A stretch of 64,000 nt of DNA from Schmidtea polychroa (lineage: Eukaryota), in assembly GCA_044892525.1 (NCBI GenBank), contig CM097885.1, positions 18,850,001 to 18,914,000 of the forward strand, written 5' to 3'. This document shows positions 20,901-29,900 of this stretch, one piece after another; within the stretch, counting starts at the first letter, position 1, and every line of letters starts with the position of its first letter. The notes under the pieces were generated by a model. The model saw nothing but the letters and a program-made list of their open reading frames with translations, was not told the origin of the DNA and made no database searches. Made by a program: the position numbers and the translations under genes.

Positions 20901-23900
20901 TAGCGTTGTTCTCGTTTACATAGATGATTTCATATGGCCCTCTGCCATTACGTTGTAATTTCTTTGCTGTTCCTGGGATTAATTCGGGTGTTTCTATAAT
21001 AACCCAATCTCCGATTTTAAATTGATGGTTTTGCACGTTCTTCTTTTTATCATGTAATTCCTTATAACTCTCTTGGTTGAATCGGATGTTCATCCCTGCG
21101 GTTTTCCATATTTCTTGCATTCTCTCCTTGAACTTTGTCACATAATCATCTATCTCCATATATTGTGAGATTGGCGGTTGGTATTCGAGATCCATCGGCA
21201 TGTTGCATTCCCTTCCATACATGAGTTTAAACGGACTCATTTTCGTTGCTGAGTGTATTGACATTCGATAAGCCATTAGGCACAACTTAATATATTCATC
21301 CCAGTCCTTTTGATGTTTACTCACGTAATTGGACATCATGTCTATTAGTATGCCGTTAAATCTTTCTGTCTGACCATTCGTTTGCGGGTGGTATGGTGAG
21401 GTTCTCAATTTGGCAATTCTAAAATAATTTGTCACTTCATTTATTATTTCGCTCATGAAATTAGTTCCTTGGTCAGTTAAGATTTGTTTTGGTGTTCCAT
21501 ATCTGCAGCAGATCTCTTCCACTAATATCCTTGCAACCGTTCGTGCTTTCTGGTCTGGCATCGCAAATGCTTCAGGGAACTTAGTCAGATAATCAGTTAT
21601 TACCAATATATACACATTTCCACTGTTAGTCTCTGGTAGTGGTCCAACTACATCCATTGCAATCATTGTCATCGGTTCTGGCGGTATCGGCATTGGTTTC
21701 AATGGTGGCTTTAGTTTACTGCCCGTTGTTTTTCTGGTTGCGCATATCAGGCAGTTCTTTATCCATTCTTTCACGTCATCGCTCATATTTGGCCAGTAAT
21801 ATTTCTGTTTGAGCCTTGCTTCTGTTTTCTTGGCTGACATATGTCCGCCCAATTTACCATCGTGGTATTGAATCATAATTGCTTTCCGTCTACTTTCTGG
21901 TAGACACATCAATCGTTTGTCGCCATCCATTACCAATAGCCATCCTTTCTCGATCGTATATCTGTGACGATTTTTCTCCATGTGTTCTTTTAGTCGATCA
22001 TCGTTGTTGAATATTTTCATATCGTTTTTTTCCAGGAACTCAATTATTAGTTTTAATTCATTGTCTTCCTTTTGTTCGTTCTTTAGATTGGTAAAATCGA
22101 TATCTTCCGCGATTATCAGGCATATTCGTCTGACGTCATGATCCATGAGTTCCTCAAATACAAATCTCGACATGCAGTCTGCATTTGCGTTTGCTTTTCC
22201 TGACTTGAATTTGATGTATGGGGAATATTCTTGTAACTGCATTGCCCATCTCATCAATCGACTAGATGCCTCTTTATGTTGGCCCAACCAAACTAGAGGT
22301 TGATGGTCCGTAGTAATAATTATCTCGTGTCCCCATAATAAATATTTGAAATGTTTTATCGCCTGAATTATTGCTAAGGCTTCTCTTTCTGTGACCGAGT
22401 AATTCTTCTCGTGTTTTTTGAACGTCTTGCTATAATATCCGATGACTCTTTCTCTTTTCTCCTCATCCCATTGTCCTAGCACAGCTCCTGATGCGTATCC
22501 ACTTGCATCAGTTGCTAATAAAAAAGGCTTTTTGAAATCTGGGTGGATTAAGATAGGCGAGGCTATTAGTTTATCTCTTAGCGATTCGAAAGCTATTTGC
22601 TGTTCCCTTTCCCACAGAAATGGAGTATCTTTTTTTGTTAGTTCTTGAATTGGTTTTGCGATAGTTGCATAATTTTTGATAAACTTGCGGTAGTATCCGC
22701 ATAATCCCAGAAATTCTTGTACCTGAGTCACGGTTTTTGGTATCGGACAATTCTTTATTTTCTCAACGTTTCTCGGATCTGGTTCTTTTCCTTTTGCCGA
22801 CACAATGTGTCCTAAAAATGTGACTCTCTCCTTTGCCCAGTCGCATTTTGACGGTTTCAATTTCAGCTTCCATTGTTTCAGTCTTATGAATACGTTTCTG
22901 ATGTCGATTAAGTGTTGCTCGAAAGTACCTGAATAAATTAACAGATCATCGATATACACCATACATTGTTTGATCCCGTGTGTCACAAAGTTCATACATC
23001 TCTGAAACGAAGCAGGTGCGTTTGTTAATCCAAATGGCATCTTTTTAAACTGATATAAATCTTTTCCGATGGTAAAGGCTGTCTTTTCTCTATCTTCCTC
23101 TTTAACTTTAATTTGCCAGTATCCACTCTTTAGATCTAAAGATGTAAAGTATGCTGCTCCATGCAACATCTGTAACATTTCGTTTATGTCTGGCAGTGGA
23201 TATGTATCTCTTTTTGTTACTGCGTTCAACCTCCGATAGTCAATACAAAATCTCTGTGTGCCATCTTTCTTTTTGACCATTACCACTGGGAATTGCCATG
23301 GTGAGCAACTAGGTTCTATTACCCCAGCATCTAACATCTTTTGTACTTCTTCCTCTGCTACCGTTTTTTGTGCTTCAGCCAATCGATATGGTCTTAACGT
23401 TATGGGTGTCTCATCTGTTAATGGTATAATGTGTTGAGTTACATCGCTAGTACCCAAATCCAAATCTGAAGCCGCAAAAATATCTTTAAACTCAATCAGT
23501 AGTTGTCTGAGTTGTTCCTTTTCGTCTTTATTTAGGAGTTCGCTATCGATGGTCCATAATTCTTTTTCGTCTGCTCCCTCGCTTTTTATCTCCGGTAGCT
23601 CAATGTTCATCATTGGTGTGAGTTTTCCAAGTCTCTCGTTTTCGTAGATTACTTTATCTTCCTCATCAAAATTGGTGATATTGATGGGTATCTCGTTATC
23701 CTCATTTATACTGACAATTTCTCTTGCCAATGGCAGCTCCCTTCTCTTCTCGAATTTTTGACTTGGTTCAAATATCATATCTCCTTTGGCTTCGTTATCG
23801 ACCTTGACATAACATATTGTCTGGGTACGTGCTGGTATTATCATTTTTTCGGAGCATCTCACTTCTGTTCTCATTGTGCATATCTGTCCAGTTTTATCTT

Positions 23901-26900
23901 TTAATTTCATGGAACTCAAATCAATCACAATTTCTTTCAATAATTCCGGCATTACATCTGTTCCAATTATACATGATACGCTTAGCTGTCTAATGACTGC
24001 GAGGTACGTTGTAACTTTAACCCCTTTATATTCAATCGTTGACCATACTCTTCCTACCACCGCTATGGATTGTTTGCTGCATGTTATTACATCCATGGTT
24101 GTCTCTTCAATGCATGGCCATAGTCTGCCTGGTAGCATATTCATATTTATTGCCGAAATATTTGCTCCGGTATCGATCATTGCATCCATTTCTATTCCGT
24201 TTACTTCGACCGTGATGGTTAATGATGGTCCGGCTGGTGTCTGCAATACCGCAATCGTTCGTGTCTCCACTTCTTGTTCTACACTTTTAGCCTGTTTGAT
24301 CATCGTTGGATCCATTGCTGCCCAATTTGGTTCATAAGCTGTTGGATAAATGTTCGGTATGGGTAATCTTCCGGTTCCCATTCTTATCCGTTCTCTCATT
24401 GTTCCTGGTCGTCGCATTGGTCCATTAGTTGGTGCTTGTAAATATGGGGTCTGTGAATACGGTGATCCCCATGGTTTCATTTTTTCGTTTTCCCAAGTGG
24501 CTGTATTTTTATTTATCAACATTGCTCCTCCTTGGTTATTATCATCGTCGTTGAAATCATCATTGTCGTTGTCACTATCATCGTCTCGTCTGAGGTTCAT
24601 CCACTTTTTCCACTTCCCGGTTCTTTTTGCTTTCTCTTGAGTTCTTTCTGCTTCTAATCTCATTATCACTTTGAACTTACGTCCGACTTCTTCGTCTGTC
24701 CCTTTCATTTGCGTTAGTATTTTCAACAATCTTTTTATTCGATGAATATCCTTTGAGTGTCCATGCAACACCATTGTTTTCGCTAAGAACGGTAAGAATC
24801 CAATTGCAAGTTTCCAATTTACTTTTCTCTCGCGCTTATAGATGTCAAAACATGCTAGCATCTGGGTTAGTATTACTCTGACTATTTGTATTATCAGAAT
24901 AATTCCGAGTATTCCTGCCATCATTTGGCCAAATACCAAAAATCGACCCCACATAGCCTTCATCATGTTTGCTGTTGCTTGTTGATAGTGACTTGGTGAT
25001 AATAATAGCTCGTAATTTGGGCTCTCCCCATAATTATTTCCTCCAGAAATAGTCACTATATTTGATAGGATCGCTTGTCTGTGTGCTGGGAATAACATGT
25101 GGGCCCTTGCTGATTCAAGATCTTTTGGTGTATATAATCCACTCTGTGATACGTCTATCGGCTTGAACTCTAATTCTGTTGTTAGTTCCGTTAATCCAAA
25201 TTTCTTGGGTGTCACTACGATTGTTTTACTTGGAAATTGAACCCATTGTCCATCTTCTTTTTCATACATTGGTCCATATGCATTACTGCAATTAAACAGA
25301 TTTGGCTGAAACCCTACCGGGTTCATTATCCTAGTGACTGCTTGCACAAACCTGGGTTTACCTTCGTGAATAATTTCGAGTTCGTTTGCACACTTATCCC
25401 TTGGTATTGTAGGGTTTTCCGGCAATCTTGCCATTATCTTTTTGCATTGGTAGGTGTACATCACTTCGCCCACGATTCGTCCGAAATATCCTTCCTGTAA
25501 TGGTAGTAGTGGAATTGCGTTATCTGGATTTGTAATCGCCATTGCTAATTTTGTTCTCAATATTTCTTTGTTGAGCAGGCAATCGTTTCTTAACAGATCA
25601 TGGTAGACTTTTTCCGTGGATGTTAATCCTCTGTGATATAAGAAATCCATCTTATTATTAGCGTATAAATATAATTTGACATCCTTTTCGCTTAGTCTTC
25701 CGACTGCATTTGCTAGGGTTCTCCGCGACAAGTAGATCCCTTTATAATTGGTGCTGATCACCATCTCATCGCATTTACTCACCATTTTGTTCTTTATGAA
25801 CCTCATTCCTATTCCATCGTCTTTGGAGATTATCGCTGTGGGTGTTACTTCCGATTCCAATTTCGATGTTATTACGTCTTCCCTGAATCCTTTCCTTGCT
25901 CTCAATTCTTCCATCGCTCGTCTCTCTGCTTCTCCTTTTGGTTCACTGTACACTTTCCCTTGGATTTCTTCGAATATTGCTGTCTTGAGTAACATTAGTC
26001 GACATACTTTCTGATCTGCGTGGTATACCAGAGTTGACATTCCGGTTGAACATGATCGATCTGATGCGAGACAGCTTGGGTATTTCTTCATTGCTTGCGT
26101 GTCAGGGTCAAAGTAGCCTTGATACTTTTCCAATTTAGCTTCGTAACTTTCTATTACGACCACTCCACTAACCAGTTGTCCGTTCAAGGTGTATGTTCCT
26201 GTCTCACATGTTCCGTCTCCTTTAGTGATTCTGCCCGCCGTATATACGCGAGTCGTTTTTATTTTTCCTGGTTCTGCAGCGATTTCAATCCCTTGCCTTA
26301 AGTGGATTCTCCCTGATCGGAACCCTTCCTCGCATTCCTCTCTTGATAGTAATATTACTGTCGATTCCAATCCTGGTTCTATGATTGTTGAGTGTGAGGA
26401 TGAACCGCAGTGATGTGCGAATATCTTTCTGGTTACCGTACACTCTTGGACCATAGTTTTGATGAAATCTGCTTCTTGATATACGTTGTACGAGACTGAT
26501 GCCATGACTGTTTGTAATTTTCTTGGGTTTGCCGCTTTACAGTCTTCCGTATCCTTTAATGAATATTTCTCATGGATTTTTATGTTGTCGCAGTCGTATA
26601 CTGCAAATGACTCCGTTCCTTTGATACACATCATCCATATCAATATCGTGGTTATTATGGCATTCATTCCCTTTCGACTTGCTCTTGGGTCGTTTATATT
26701 GATTGTTCCTTCGAATTCAGTTAGCAAATCGCGTAACTTTGCTTGCATCATTTCCGTTTGATCTTTCTTCCCAGTTGATTCGATGAAGCTTCTCCATCCC
26801 CCTTGTTCAAGTATATATGGTTCTATTGATCGTTTAATTATTTCTGTTACTGTGAATTCGTAACCCGTTGCGTTATATTTTGGCATTCGTTTTTTATATT

Positions 26901-29900
26901 GACCGATAACGTTATATACTAAATATGCTAATCCCACTAAAAATCGATTTTGGTCCTCTGATCTGCTTAATAGATGTTCCACAATTAATCTGAGTTCCAC
27001 GGGATCTTTTAACGTTAATCGAATTTTATTATCCATGATTTTCATTATTATCGGTTTCAATACTGCCCATAATTGTTTGGCTTCGGTCGGAATATTATCC
27101 TTCCTCATGACTCTTTTCACTTCTGGATTTGCTAATGCTAACATGTTGGCTAATAGGTCATTTATCCATCGTGTCCCTTGTTCTCGGACGCTTGTCTTCA
27201 CTTTCACTTGTTTTACTAATGCACTTAGTTTATCCATTTTAGTTTTTACCTGCTCCATTTGCGCCTGAACTTTGGATTTTGGTTCGATCTCTGCTTTATC
27301 TGTTTTTGGTCTTCCTCTTGTTCGTCGATCCATAGCTGTTCCGGTTTCTTTCCGTTTTGGCGGATTGTAAGTTGTATCTTTTGACGTGGTCGCTCCTGGA
27401 TCTACTCTCCAGTTGCTCCATTCATCGGTTGTGGTTACATCTTTATTGGCACCTCTTTCCACGTTATCTAAATCCGTCTCGGCTTCCGTCGTTTCCACTG
27501 GTTGTCTCTGCGCGCATACAAATCCATCTAAATCATCAGTTGTCGGTTCACCTTCGTCGATAAATAGATCTCCTGATTGCGATGCTCTCATAATCTCGCC
27601 TGCTTCTACTATCTCTTGTAATTCATCCAGTATTTCGTCTTCTCCCGTTGTTTCGATCGTCACTTCACTAACCGCATTTGGAACTTCTGGTGTGTCCAAA
27701 CTTCCTGGTTGTTGGGTGGATGATTTTTGCTTTATCTCTCTTCTCCTTAGCTCTCTACCTGCAATTTTACTCACCGTTAATCTGTTCACAATTTCTCCTT
27801 GGAGTGGTGTCACACCGATCTCAATATCGTCGTCTAATGATCGTCCCTCGTGTTGTAAGTGGAATGGGAGTTCATAAGGTATTCTCTTTTTAACTTCTCT
27901 GACTTTAGCTGTCGTATAGAATTCCTTTTCCATTGGTTCAAAATCTGGCATGAATATTTTTAATTGATATTTCTCAGGTGAGTTTTCGGCCCACTCTCGT
28001 TGTTTCCATTTCCGGATGATTTCACCAAATTGTTCAGGGTACCATACGTATACCCGTCGATATTCTTCAATCGCTTTAACGATCTTTCGTAGGTTTTGAA
28101 TCCTTTTGCATGATTCGGCTATCCATTTTGCTAGTTCTACCACCGCTCGTCGACGATTTTTCGCCCCGTTTTGTAATATCTCCATCAACTCCTTACATTT
28201 TTGTGCTTCCAACAATGTTGCTGCTTCCTCCTCATCTGCATCTGCGTCTATTGGTAGATGTCCTGAATCAGGCACTCTTCTCCTCATCATACAGATTCTC
28301 GGTTGATTTTCTGGTATGTTCAGTCGTTGGTTCATTTCTTGTTCTGTTTCAACTTCTACTCTGATCTGGATAGCATTGTTTTTCACAAATTTTGACTGCT
28401 CATTCTCAATGTAACTTAGACGTATTAATTTAGGTGTCCCAGAAGCGATATTTTCTGATGTTGTTGGTCGTTGATAGCAGGCGCTCCTTGGATCTGGTTT
28501 CAATGTTTCTTTATGCATGTTAAGGCTATCTTTCAATGGTTCGATTGCTATCGTCACTTTTCTGCTAAACGGCCATGGTACCTTGTCGTCATAATTTCCT
28601 TTGCAGATGGCGAAGAATGCCGACACATAATTTCCTTTACCTATCCCGTCTCCGTTCGGGTATATTCGCAATTTCATCTTGTACTCACCTAATCCTGAGT
28701 AGAACGGTGGACTTACTAATCGTGTGATTTTCTCTTCCTTTGCTGATTTTATCTTTTCCATCCAATTCTCAATTTTCCACGTGAATGGTGCTAACCTTAC
28801 TGGTTCTCGTATCTCCTCATCTTCTCCTGATGGTAATTCATTTTGGAATTCTTGTGGTAATATATCCTGGTAAGTATCGATCGGTTTCTCTCTTACCCAT
28901 ACTGCTGCGATCTCTTCGGGTATATTATCTATCCAATTTGGTTCCAACTTTTGCTGCTCCCAATCCCATCGAGCTTCACTTTCGATCCACACTTTTTTCC
29001 ATGGTATCAGTTTGCAATCTTCGTCATTGAAGGCTGCTAGTTTTAGTTTATCATCCTTTAGCCAATGGTTATAAATATCTATTATTCGATCCATCTTTGC
29101 TCTCATTCCCCATTGGAATCTTTTAACTTGTTGCTCGGTTTTCGTGGCGTTTTTGTGCCCACCAGATGGTTCATCCATCGCGATTATATTGATGACGGCT
29201 CCGTCTTCCCAGATTCCTAGTTCGTAAATTCCAGTTCGGTCTCCTCTTTCCAGCATGTGCCGGTTGTACATTATTATCACATCTTCGATCATTCCATCCT
29301 CACTATTTTCTCGAGCTTTTTGGATGATCTCTTGATCTATGATTTGCACTAACTCGTCAACTTGGCAATCGGGATTAACTTCTATTATTTGTTTCTCTTC
29401 ATTTGGCAACTTCACCTTTATTTTTATCGTTTCATGCTCGCATTTGGTTCTCTCGTATTCTCCGTATTTAGATATCAATTCTGTCGCTCGTTTGTCTTCG
29501 AATCTCATGATTTCCGTGTCTCGTACGTCTTTAACGAATTGTTTCATTAGTTGTGGCCATCTTTCTCTCAGTCTATTAATGTATTTCCTTGTCTGATCGA
29601 TAGCTTGTTTGACTAAGATTATTTGATTTTCTTTCATTATTTTTCGTTCGATCTTTTCCAATTCTGGTTCCACTTCATTGTTAAACACTTGTTGGATTTT
29701 CTTGAACATTTCTGCTACCGAGTCGTCATCTCTGGTTTTCTCTAAGGTTAAGATGTTAGTTTCGTTTGGCCATATCATCGCATCTACCAAATGTATGCCC
29801 ATTTTAACTTTGTAACCATCGACATATAATTGTTTATTTTTATGGCTCGTTCCCATTTTTTCCTGTACCCAGTTGTACAGTTCATCGGTATTTGTTCCTT

